DNA from: an uncultured Christensenellaceae bacterium
Lineage (GTDB): Bacteria > Bacillota > Clostridia > Christensenellales > CAG-314
Reading direction: 5' to 3'
Assembly: GCA_910585195.1 (NCBI GenBank)
Contig: CAJUCX010000003.1
Span: forward strand, 65,828 to 129,827
DNA length: 64,000 bases
Below the pieces are notes generated by a model. That model was not told the DNA's origin, searched no databases, and saw only the letters and a list, made by a program, of their open reading frames with translations. Of this stretch, positions 45,291 to 53,914 are shown piece after piece. How positions within the stretch are numbered: the stretch's first letter is position 1; every line of letters starts with the position of its first letter. Both the position numbers and the translations under genes were made by a program.

Positions 45291-46742
45291 ATGGCATTTT
45301 GCAGTTTTTCGCGTGATTTGGCGGACAGTTCATATACCACCGTCGACAACGTATTTATAACCAATTATCTTCCCGATGCGCCGGCAAGGTACGTCGACGT
45401 GTATCTTTTCGGACTTTATCTGTGCGGCAAAAATACGACGGACAACAGTCTTGACACGATGTCGCGTGTGCTCAACATAGACAAGGAAGATATTTTGACG
45501 ATTTACACCTACTGGGAAGAACTGGGGTTGGTTTCTATTTTGCAAAAAACTCCGTACGAAGTATATTATCTGCCGGTAAGAAGCGACGACGTAGTGCTTA
45601 AAAAAATCAAACCGCAAAAATACCGTCAGTTCAACAAAGATATGCAAGGCGTGCTGACGGACAGGCTTATCTCCACAAACGAGTATAACGAGTATTATAT
45701 CTTTTTGGAAACAACCTTTTTCGAGCCGAAAGCGCTTGTCGCCGTCGCTAAATACTGTGCAGAGCGTAAAGGCGGCGATATAAATTATCCTTACATATTA
45801 AAGGTGGCGCGCAACCTTTCCGACAGCGGCATAAAAACCCTTGAGGCGGTGGAAGAAAAACTTGCAACGACGGTAAAATACACCGACGACATAAAACTGC
45901 TGTTTGCTTCGCTCGGCATAAAACGTGCCATAGAGTACGAGGACAGGCGTTTGTTTGAAAAATGGACGGACGGTATGGGTTACGACTTGGCAACAATCCG
46001 TTACGTCGCGCAAAAGAGCAAAAATCTCTCTATGGACAGGCTCAACGCCAAAATAGAAAAATATTACAAACTCGGAATGTTCAGCGAAAAGGAAATTGCA
46101 AATTACGAGTCCAACCGCGAAGAGTTGTACAATTTGGCAAAAGAACTAAACAAAATAATAGGCGTATATTATCAATCGTTGGATTATATTTTAGAGGACT
46201 ATCTTACGCCGTGGCTGCAAAAGGGCTTCGACGGAGATTCTCTCAAACTCATTGCCAAATATTGTTTCAAGCAAAATATCCGTTCGGTAGACGGTATGAA
46301 TTCCGCCGTCAACGGATTTTATAAAAAGGGGCTTACTTCGGCTCAGGCAATCGCAGAGTATACCGCTGCAACGGTAAGCAGAGACGAAAGCATAAAAACC
46401 GTGCTGCAAAATGCCGGGTTGGTCCGCGGAGTTTCTTCAAGCGACAGGGCAAATTACAAAACGTGGACGGAGGCGTGGGGCTTTGATGACGAGGTTATAA
46501 ATTATGCCGCCTCTCTTTCCGTAGGCGCAAACAACCCGACTGCGTATATGAACAGAATTTTGTCTGATTTCAAGACTAAAAATATTTACAGCGTGGAAGA
46601 AGCAAAAAAACAAACCGTAAACAGTCTTAAACAATCAAAGGAAACGGAAAAAGAAAAAAGCAAAAAAGATTATCGCGAAAGAGAGTATACAAGAGAAGAA
46701 TTAGACGCATTGTTCGATAACCTTGACGACGTGGAAATTTAA
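45291..46742 (+). CDS. DnaD-domain replication initiation / membrane attachment protein (Bacillus DnaB-type, not the helicase)
   Basis: N-terminal ...TVDNVFITNYLPDAPARYVDVYLFGLYLC... plus repeated DnaD-like domains. It is followed by dnaI. Confidence 0.8.
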   Translation: MAFCSFSRDLADSSYTTVDNVFITNYLPDAPARYVDVYLFGLYLCGKNTTDNSLDTMSRVLNIDKEDILTIYTYWEELGLVSILQKTPYEVYYLPVRSDDVVLKKIKPQKYRQFNKDMQGVLTDRLISTNEYNEYYIFLETTFFEPKALVAVAKYCAERKGGDINYPYILKVARNLSDSGIKTLEAVEEKLATTVKYTDDIKLLFASLGIKRAIEYEDRRLFEKWTDGMGYDLATIRYVAQKSKNLSMDRLNAKIEKYYKLGMFSEKEIANYESNREELYNLAKELNKIIGVYYQSLDYILEDYLTPWLQKGFDGDSLKLIAKYCFKQNIRSVDGMNSAVNGFYKKGLTSAQAIAEYTAATVSRDESIKTVLQNAGLVRGVSSSDRANYKTWTEAWGFDDEVINYAASLSVGANNPTAYMNRILSDFKTKNIYSVEEAKKQTVNSLKQSKETEKEKSKKDYREREYTREELDALFDNLDDVEI

Positions 46743-46745
46743 GTT

Positions 46746-47663
46746 ATGGATAAAAAAGACGTTATAGAAAAGATAGAAAGACAATTTCAAAACAAACGGC
46801 AGAGGGCAGAAGCAGAAGCGCAGGCGCGTTTCGATTTTGCCTGCCAAAACAAAGATTTTGCCAAACTTGCAAGAGAAGAAAGAACCTTGCAGTATGAAAT
46901 GGGCAAAAATTTGTATTTCGGCAAACCTATTGACCAACAGCAAAAACAACTTGACGCCAATAAGTTGAGGCAGCGTGCCGTGCTTAAAAAACTTAAACTT
47001 ACACCGGAAGATTTACTGCCAAGTTACGAGTGCAAAATTTGCAGCGACACCGGCGTTGCGGACGGCAAGCGTTGCAGTTGTTTCCAAAATGCGGTAAATC
47101 AGGAACTTTTGGCAAACAGCAAGTTGGTAGACAAGTCGTTAAGTTTAGGTTTGTTCGAGCCGCAAAACAAATCGCAGGAGCGCTGTGCGGAAAAGTTAAA
47201 GATTATTGCTGCAAAAGCGCCGGATACCAAAATAAAAAATATTATATTGTGCGGGCCGACGGGCACGGGCAAAACTTATATCGTCAACTGCTTGGCAAAC
47301 GATTTGTTAAAGCGCAATTTCAGCGTTATGTTTACTTCGGCTTTTAATTTCAACAATTTGCTGCTAAGTATGCATCTTGCACCGCTTGCGCAAAAAGAAG
47401 ATATGTTGAACAATCTTATAGATACCGACGTGTTGGTTATCGACGATTTGGGCAGCGAAAATATACTTAAAAACGTTACGGAAGAATACACCTGTAACAT
47501 CTTGAACGAACGTCGTTATCGCGGCAAATATACTTTCATAACCACTAATTTGGATATGTTGGGCATTCAAGACAGATACGGAGAAAGAATAATGTCAAGA
47601 CTGCTCGGCGGAGATACTCTCAAAATAAAACTCGACGGCAACGATTTACGCTTGACAAAATAG
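46746..47663 (+). CDS. dnaI: Primosomal helicase loader DnaI (DnaC-family AAA+)
   Basis: A CxxC...CxC zinc module, Walker A GPTGTGKTY and Walker B VLVIDDLG. Confidence 0.88.
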   Translation: MDKKDVIEKIERQFQNKRQRAEAEAQARFDFACQNKDFAKLAREERTLQYEMGKNLYFGKPIDQQQKQLDANKLRQRAVLKKLKLTPEDLLPSYECKICSDTGVADGKRCSCFQNAVNQELLANSKLVDKSLSLGLFEPQNKSQERCAEKLKIIAAKAPDTKIKNIILCGPTGTGKTYIVNCLANDLLKRNFSVMFTSAFNFNNLLLSMHLAPLAQKEDMLNNLIDTDVLVIDDLGSENILKNVTEEYTCNILNERRYRGKYTFITTNLDMLGIQDRYGERIMSRLLGGDTLKIKLDGNDLRLTK

Positions 47664-47815
47664 CAAAAATGGTAGAAACTGTTGCTAGCAAAAAATTCAT
47701 ATTTTTTGTCGGCAACAAATTATCATTGCATTAACGCAACTTGCAAAACTTGTTTAATACAGTAAGACACAAACAATCAATACAACATACAAGAAACCTA
47801 AAATTTTACAAGTTT

Positions 47816-47891
<76 letters not shown>

Positions 47892-47893
47892 TT

Positions 47894-47920
47894 AAGCCAA
47901 GGCATAGCCTTGGCTTTTCT
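47894..47920 (+). terminator. Hairpin terminator directly after the tRNA
   Basis: AAGCCAAGG-catag-CCTTGGCTT followed by a T-run. Confidence 0.8.
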
Positions 47921-48030
47921 TGTACTCGTTGCGGACTTTTACTATGATGCGATTGACACTAGTATGTAGCAAGACGCGATTGACTACGTAACAATTGCTA
48001 TATGTTGCTATTCCGTCGCGTTGCTCCTTG

Positions 48031-48051
48031 CAAGTCCGCTCAGCAGCTTCA
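48031..48051 (+). repeat. Direct repeat of the tRNA-Thr 3' end (att-like)
   Basis: CAAGTCCGCTCAGCAGCT (48031-48048) is identical to 47871-47888. It continues tCA versus cCA. Confidence 0.9.
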
Positions 48052-48058
48052 TATAATT

Positions 48059-48087
48059 AACCCCATTGCAATTTGCAATGGGGTTTT
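48059..48087. terminator. Bidirectional hairpin terminator
   Basis: CCCCATTGCA-att-TGCAATGGGG followed by T4, flanked by AA on the other side. Confidence 0.8.
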
Positions 48088-48203
48088 GTCTGTGTTGCGT
48101 GTGTGGATAAAATATGTAACGCTTTGTTACATTTTGCCGTTTTGGTGTAGTAATGTACGTTTTATTCATTTATACACTACTTGTTTACTTCTTTATTTGC
48201 ATT

Positions 48204-49268
48204 TTACGGCATTGGTCTGCCGCCGCCGACAGGGGTAAGTTTTGCCCAAGTGAGAGGGCCGACTATTCCGTCTGGCGTAAGGTTATTTTCTTGCTGAAAT
48301 TCTTTTACTGCGGTTGTTGTGTTGTTTCCGAAAATTCCGTCTACGGTGCCTACCGCATAAAGTTTGGACAGCAGTTTTTGCTGCAAATATCTTACGTAAA
48401 CTCCGCGGCTGCCTTGACGAAGCAGCGGCAATGACGGGTCTTGACGCAAAAGGGTGCGCCACGTGTTTCTGCCTACTATGCCGTCTGCGACAAGTCCGTT
48501 GTCTTGTTGAAACTTTATTACTGCCGCCTGCGTTCCTCTGCCGAACGAGCCGTCTACGGAAAGCGCATTTCCGTATAAGTTTAGATAGCATTGCAAAAAT
48601 TTTACGCCGTTGCCGTAACTGCCGTATCTAATCGTAGCCAACTGTGCGTAGTTGACTTCCGGAATATAATTTACGTCCAAATATTCCGACACGCCTATAC
48701 AGCCTCCGTCGCCGCACTGTTTTTGAAAATCGGGGTCCATCATAAGTTTCGCTTCGTTAAAGTTGGTCATAAAACCGCATTCGGCAATCACCGCAGGGCA
48801 GTTTACCGAGCGAAGCATTCCCACTTCGCTTAAAGTGCCGACACCTCGGTTTGCGATAGATATTTCTTCGGCAAGTCCTGCCGATACGTCATAAGCAAGC
48901 AGCCTGCTTGCAGATGCAAAACTGTTTTCTCTGCTGTAAAAGACCTGATGACCGTTTGCGGAAGAAAATACAAATTCATTTCCCGCTGCGTTATATGCAA
49001 AAGTTACGACGCAGTTTAGCCTTTGACGATTTACGCGCGTTACCCGTTGGCTTATTGAAAGGTCGGTTATTTCCGGTTTTACGTCGTAAACATTAAACCC
49101 CGTGCGTAAACACGCAATCAAAAAATTGTATTTTGCAGGTCTGTTAAATTCATTTTCATAAAAATTTCTGTTGATATACGGCATTACCGGCGTGCGTTTG
49201 CCCACAGTCGGCGGGTTCATACCGTGCTCGTCGTTTGAACCTATGTAAAATCTTTCAGCATTTGCCAT
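48204..49268 (-). CDS. N-acetylmuramoyl-L-alanine amidase-like (Amidase_3-type) with two C-terminal PG_binding_1 repeats; endolysin-like
   Basis: The amidase-like core has ...AVIAECGFMTN.... Two repeats are present: G..G..V..LQ..L......DG.FG..T..AV..FQ..N.L..DGIVG..TW..L. Confidence 0.75.
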   Translation of the reverse strand: MANAERFYIGSNDEHGMNPPTVGKRTPVMPYINRNFYENEFNRPAKYNFLIACLRTGFNVYDVKPEITDLSISQRVTRVNRQRLNCVVTFAYNAAGNEFVFSSANGHQVFYSRENSFASASRLLAYDVSAGLAEEISIANRGVGTLSEVGMLRSVNCPAVIAECGFMTNFNEAKLMMDPDFQKQCGDGGCIGVSEYLDVNYIPEVNYAQLATIRYGSYGNGVKFLQCYLNLYGNALSVDGSFGRGTQAAVIKFQQDNGLVADGIVGRNTWRTLLRQDPSLPLLRQGSRGVYVRYLQQKLLSKLYAVGTVDGIFGNNTTTAVKEFQQENNLTPDGIVGPLTWAKLTPVGGGRPMP

Positions 49269-49481
49269 ATTTGCCCTCCGTTTTTTCTTAGTATCTATAT
49301 GCGAACTATCGCAATGATGTGAAAAACATAAAAGAAATTTTCGGCATATTTCAAATTACGTTTATTAAACGGTTGCTTAAATTTAATGGGAAAATATTGC
49401 AGGCCGGTTTTTAATTGCAATTGTGTAAATGAATTTTATTTTTACGTCGTGTCGTACTAAAAGTTTTGCATTTTGGATTTA

Positions 49482-49510
49482 TTGACAAATCAACTAAACA
49501 GACATATAAT
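49482..49510 (+). promoter_or_regulatory. Consensus sigma-70 promoter for degV
   Basis: TTGACA, 17-nt spacer, TATAAT. Confidence 0.75.
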
Positions 49511-49551
49511 ATTTTATAATTTTAACAACAGTTTTGTCTGGAAGGTGTATT

Positions 49552-50409
49552 ATGGAAAAGATAAAAATTACCAGCGACAGCGCGGCAGACTTAAACGAAT
49601 TGTTTGCGCAAAACAACGTGGACGTATTTCCTTTGTACGTTTACCTCGGCGACGACGAATATCTTGACGGTGTTTCCGTTAAGCCGGAAGATATTTATGC
49701 TTTTGTGGCAGAAAAGGGAATTTTGCCTAAAACCGCGGCAAGAAATGCCGAAGATTTCAAAGTCTTCTTCAAACAATATACCGACGACGGTTATAAAGTG
49801 GTGCATTTCAGCATATCCGACAAAATGTCGATGATGTATAAATCTGCTTGCGCCGCCGCGGAAGAACTCGGCAACGTATACGTAGTAGACAGTAAAAGCC
49901 TTTCCAGCGGAATAGGTTTGTTGGTGTTGAGCGCGGCAGATATGGCAAGGGAAGGAAAAACCGCGGAAGAAATTTACAAACGCTCGGTAGAGCGTGCAGA
50001 ACACGTGCAGGCGTCGTTTGTGGTAAACACAATGGACTATTTGTACAAGGGCGGTCGTTGCAGCGGTCTTGCTGCATTTGCTGCAACTAAGTTGAAAATC
50101 AAGCCGTCTTTGTTGGTTGTCGACGGAGAAATAACCGTATACAATAAGTATTTTTCCAAAACCGGAAGGCGCGCCCTCAACAAATATATGGAAGATATTT
50201 TGAAGCAATTCGACAATCCCGATACTACGCGCATATTTATAACTCACACCCAAATAGACGACGAAGTTGTGGAAATGGTAAGAAGCTATATAAAAGAAAA
50301 TACAAAGTTTGATACAATTTTAGAGACAGTTGCAGGTTCTACCATTACGTCGCATTGCGGTCCCGGAACGCTCGGCATACTTTATATTAACGACGGAAAT
50401 CACAAATAA
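49552..50409 (+). CDS. degV: DegV-family fatty-acid-binding protein
   Basis: MEKIKITSDSAADL... is DegV-like throughout. The start is moved to the ATG at 49552 (GGAAGGTG). Confidence 0.88.
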   Translation: MEKIKITSDSAADLNELFAQNNVDVFPLYVYLGDDEYLDGVSVKPEDIYAFVAEKGILPKTAARNAEDFKVFFKQYTDDGYKVVHFSISDKMSMMYKSACAAAEELGNVYVVDSKSLSSGIGLLVLSAADMAREGKTAEEIYKRSVERAEHVQASFVVNTMDYLYKGGRCSGLAAFAATKLKIKPSLLVVDGEITVYNKYFSKTGRRALNKYMEDILKQFDNPDTTRIFITHTQIDDEVVEMVRSYIKENTKFDTILETVAGSTITSHCGPGTLGILYINDGNHK

Positions 50410-50534
50410 AAATATTTTGTTGGCAGCAATGATTTTTATGCGGTCTTATGAGAGTATGCTCGATTCTGTCTTACAAAATATAAGTTTTGTAAGACAGGCG
50501 AAAAAAGTTGATTTATAAAAAGGAGCATTGGCAG

Positions 50535-50891
50535 ATGAAAAAATTGATAGCTTATTGTGGCCTCGATTGCGAAAAATGCGATGCGCGTAAGGCTACGCTT
50601 AATAATGACGACTCGCTGAGAGAAAAGACGGCAAAACTGTGGACACAGTTAAACGGCGTGGAAATTACTGCAGAAATGATAAACTGCGAAGGCTGCCGTA
50701 CTGACGGCATTAAAACAACGTTCTGCAATGATTTGTGTCCTATAAGAAAGTGCGCTGTCGGCAAGAAGCATGAAACTTGCGGAAGTTGTGATGAAATGAA
50801 AATATGCAAAACAGTAAGCATGGTTATAGCAAACAATGACGAAGCGAAAAACAATTTGACGGTACAAGTATCCAGCGGTAAAAATAATTAA
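50535..50891 (+). CDS. DUF3795-type cysteine-rich protein
   Basis: YCGLDCEKCDA...CEGCR...C...C..RKC...CGSCDEM..C pattern. The ATG at 50535 follows AAAGGAG. Confidence 0.75.
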   Translation: MKKLIAYCGLDCEKCDARKATLNNDDSLREKTAKLWTQLNGVEITAEMINCEGCRTDGIKTTFCNDLCPIRKCAVGKKHETCGSCDEMKICKTVSMVIANNDEAKNNLTVQVSSGKNN

Positions 50892-50910
50892 CGGCAAATA
50901 AATTACAAAA

Positions 50911-50947
50911 AGAAAATCCCTTGCAAAATGCAAGGGATTTTCTTTTT
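50911..50947. terminator. Bidirectional terminator
   Basis: AGAAAATCCCTTGCA-aaa-TGCAAGGGATTTTCT followed by a T-run. Confidence 0.9.
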
Positions 50948-50962
50948 GCTTAGTGTCGATAA

Positions 50963-51427
50963 TTAAAGTTTTTTACCGAAGAGAGCCAAAATACCGTTGA
51001 TGATAAGGATAACGCCTGCAACGATAAGAAGGATGTTAGCAACGTCTGCGGCAAATTTTGTGCAAACAAGAAGTATACCTACAACAATCATTACGATAGG
51101 TGCAAGCAATGCTTTCCAGCCATACTTCATATTGTTTACCAAGTCAACAACACCTTTGATTATAAGCAGAACACCAAAGATAAGAAGTACCAAATCTACG
51201 ATAGTCCAACCGCAAATCAAGATAACAACGCCTACGACTGCTTCAACAATGCCGTTTACGGTGCGGCCTTTAATAAGGTCGTAAATACCCAAAGCAAGGA
51301 ACAATACGCCGATAACTGTAAGCATAATGCTGAGCATGTCGCCTTTTGCAAAGCACAAAAGAGCGCCGACAACTACGTAAAGAATGCAAGTAAGAATGTT
51401 GTTTGCAGTCAATTTAAGTTTTGCCAT
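50963..51427 (-). CDS. DUF308/HdeD-like small membrane protein
   Basis: Repeated GxxxIxxG hydrophobic hairpins. The start is moved to the ATG at 51427 (AAAGGAGAAAG). Confidence 0.7.
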   Translation of the reverse strand: MAKLKLTANNILTCILYVVVGALLCFAKGDMLSIMLTVIGVLFLALGIYDLIKGRTVNGIVEAVVGVVILICGWTIVDLVLLIFGVLLIIKGVVDLVNNMKYGWKALLAPIVMIVVGILLVCTKFAADVANILLIVAGVILIINGILALFGKKL

Positions 51428-51627
51428 TTTTCTTTCTCCTTTATTTATTTTCGGTTCCATAAAATTATATAGCAATAAAGTTTACAGAAACTATACAACT
51501 TTATATAACTTATATAAGTTATTATAAAACCACATAAAAAATAACAAAGTTTACACGTAAATGTCAACTGTATAAATAAAATTTCTCTTATCTTGCAAAC
51601 GTCAAATTAAATAAGTTTATTTTATAA

Positions 51628-51657
51628 TTGACCGTAAACGCTTTCTTGATATATAAT
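51628..51657 (+). promoter_or_regulatory. Promoter of the glycan-export/biosynthesis cluster
   Basis: TTGACC, 18-nt spacer, TATAAT. Confidence 0.6.
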
Positions 51658-51704
51658 AAAAATAATCTGCCGTATTTTGGCAATATTTACTTATATAAAA
51701 ATTT

Positions 51705-53153
51705 ATGGATAATACAAAAAAGCAAAATGCAAAGCGAACAATAAAAGTATGCGGAATAACAATGGCGGTATATGCGGTGCTTGTAGTGCTGTTTTATCTG
51801 CTTTGCGGAGAACAACTTTATTTCCGTCAATCGCGCGGTAATATCAATATGAAAGGTACGGAAAGATTTCCTGTGGAAATTACTAACGAAGTTTCCGTTA
51901 CTCAAACTTTTGTGCCGCAAATAGATAAGATTAAATCTTTTGCAATAAGGTGGGGCAATTATTCACGACAGAACAGCGGCGATTTGATAATCGAGGTCTG
52001 CAAGGCGGGGGACAAAACGCTTTTGGCTCAAAAAACGTTTTCCGTTGCCGAAATACAAAATGATGCGTTGACTGTAATTGACCTTGAAGAGACTTTAGAC
52101 GGTTTCCGCGGCATTATGTTAGAAATCAGCGTCAGGGCAACGTCTGTTGCAGGTCAAGGCGTAACACCTGCCGTCAATTTGACCGAGTCCGATATATACG
52201 GCGGCGAGTTGCGCATAAACGGAGTTGTGCAAGAAGGCGCGTTGTGTCTTTCTGTGTTAGGTATCGATTACGTCTGGACAGGTCAGCATTATTGGCAGTT
52301 GGCGGCAATCGGCGCAGCAATAGTTTTTTTGTTTGCATTCGTTGTCGTTTTGAAAATAAACCACGGAAAGAAGAGTTTAATTTACGGCGTTTGTAAATCA
52401 TTAAAAAGATATAAATTTTTGATTCAGCAATTAGTTTCACGCGATTTCAAGACCAAATATAAACGCTCGGTATTGGGTGTATTATGGAGTTTCTTAAACC
52501 CATTGCTTACGTCGTTTGTGATGTATATTGTCTTTTCAAACCTGTTTAGATTTGACATTGCGTATTATCCCGTATATTTGATTATCGGTACCGTATTGTA
52601 TAACTTTTTTTCGGAAAGCACAAATATGTGTCTTTCTTCCATAGTGGATAATTCAAACCTCATTACCAAAGTCTATGTGCCGAAGTTTATTTATCCGCTT
52701 ACTCGTACTCTTTCGTCCGGCATAAATCTGCTTTTTGCGCTTATACCGATTATTATCATCGCATTTATAATGGGGCTGTTTCCTAAAGTGTCATGGCTGC
52801 TTTTGCCTTATCCTCTTATTTGCCTTATGATATTCGGGTTGGGTATCGGACTGCTGTTGGCATCGGCAATGGTATTTTTCCGTGATATGCGTTTCTTGTG
52901 GGGCGTAATAACAATGATGTGGATGTACTTGACGCCAATCTTTTACCCTGCGGAAATCTTAAAAGATTTAAGTTGGGTTTTGCAAATAAACCCGCTATAT
53001 CACATTATTACTTTTGTGCGCACCTGCATAATTGACGGCGTTTCGCCTGAGCCTATTTCTTACGTTTGGTGTATTCTGGGGGCGGCAATTGTATTTGTCA
53101 TAGGGGCACTGGTGTTCAAAAAGACGGAAGATAAATTCATTTATTATCTATAA
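51705..53153 (+). CDS. ABC-2-type glycan export permease (Wzm/TagG-like) with ~220-aa N-terminal TM-anchored extracytoplasmic extension
   Basis: The C-terminal ~260 aa (LKRYKFLIQQLVSRDFKTKYKRSVLGVLWSFLNPLL...) is a classic ABC-2 permease. The N-terminus has a TM segment, a ~170-aa soluble region and a second TM segment. Confidence 0.8.
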   Translation: MDNTKKQNAKRTIKVCGITMAVYAVLVVLFYLLCGEQLYFRQSRGNINMKGTERFPVEITNEVSVTQTFVPQIDKIKSFAIRWGNYSRQNSGDLIIEVCKAGDKTLLAQKTFSVAEIQNDALTVIDLEETLDGFRGIMLEISVRATSVAGQGVTPAVNLTESDIYGGELRINGVVQEGALCLSVLGIDYVWTGQHYWQLAAIGAAIVFLFAFVVVLKINHGKKSLIYGVCKSLKRYKFLIQQLVSRDFKTKYKRSVLGVLWSFLNPLLTSFVMYIVFSNLFRFDIAYYPVYLIIGTVLYNFFSESTNMCLSSIVDNSNLITKVYVPKFIYPLTRTLSSGINLLFALIPIIIIAFIMGLFPKVSWLLLPYPLICLMIFGLGIGLLLASAMVFFRDMRFLWGVITMMWMYLTPIFYPAEILKDLSWVLQINPLYHIITFVRTCIIDGVSPEPISYVWCILGAAIVFVIGALVFKKTEDKFIYYL

Positions 53154-53174
53154 AAGATTTAAGGAAAATGCAAA

Positions 53175-53906
53175 ATGGCAGATACTGTTATTAAGGTTGA
53201 TGATATTTCCGTAAAATATAAATTAACCGACGACAAGATATTGTCGCTTAAAGAATTTGTTACTCGAAAATTAAGCAACAAAATAAATTACAAAGAGTTT
53301 TGGGCGTTAAAAAACATATCTTTCAGCGTAGGCAAAGGCGAAGTATTAGGTATTGTAGGGCGTAACGGTTCGGGCAAGAGTACCTTGCTTAAGGTTATTT
53401 CCGGTATATTAAAACCCTCAAACGGCAAGTTGGAAACAAACGGTGTTATTGCGCCGATGTTGGAACTCGGCTCCGGTTTTGATGGGGATTTGACAGGCAA
53501 AGAAAATGTCTTTCTAAACGGTGCAATATTGGGTTACGACAAAAAGTTCCTGACTGAAAAATACGACGAGATTTTAGAGTTTTCGGGTTTAGGAGAGTTT
53601 ATAAACGTGCCGGTAAGAAATTATTCTTCCGGTATGACTGCCAGACTGGCATTTTCTATCGCAACTCTTGTCAATCCTGATATTTTAATTGTAGATGAAA
53701 TTTTGTCGGTAGGCGATGCACCGTTTCAGCAAAAGTGCCAAGACAGAATGAAGCAAATGATGAGCGGCGGCACAACCGTATTGATTGTATCGCACTCGAT
53801 TGCGCAAATCAAAGACCTTTGCACAAGAGTAATTTGGCTAAACGAAGGTAACATTCAAATGATGGGCGGCACCGAGGAAGTTTGCGCCGCTTATGAAAAT
53901 TTTTAG
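53175..53906 (+). CDS. ABC transporter ATP-binding protein (Wzt/TagH-like, short form without C-terminal carbohydrate-binding domain)
   Basis: GRNGSGKST (Walker A), YSSGM signature and ILIVDE (Walker B); 243 aa. Confidence 0.9.
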   Translation: MADTVIKVDDISVKYKLTDDKILSLKEFVTRKLSNKINYKEFWALKNISFSVGKGEVLGIVGRNGSGKSTLLKVISGILKPSNGKLETNGVIAPMLELGSGFDGDLTGKENVFLNGAILGYDKKFLTEKYDEILEFSGLGEFINVPVRNYSSGMTARLAFSIATLVNPDILIVDEILSVGDAPFQQKCQDRMKQMMSGGTTVLIVSHSIAQIKDLCTRVIWLNEGNIQMMGGTEEVCAAYENF

Positions 53907-53914
53907 GGAGTAAA

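Noticed and set aside
51705-53153. Possible intragenic G+C boundary inside the Wzm gene (GC-richer N-terminal extension fused to an AT-rich permease), which would suggest a chimeric gene at the island edge.
   Set aside because: My hand counts of 60-nt lines fluctuate between about 25% and 55% on both sides of the domain junction, with no clean step. This needs a computed sliding-window profile.
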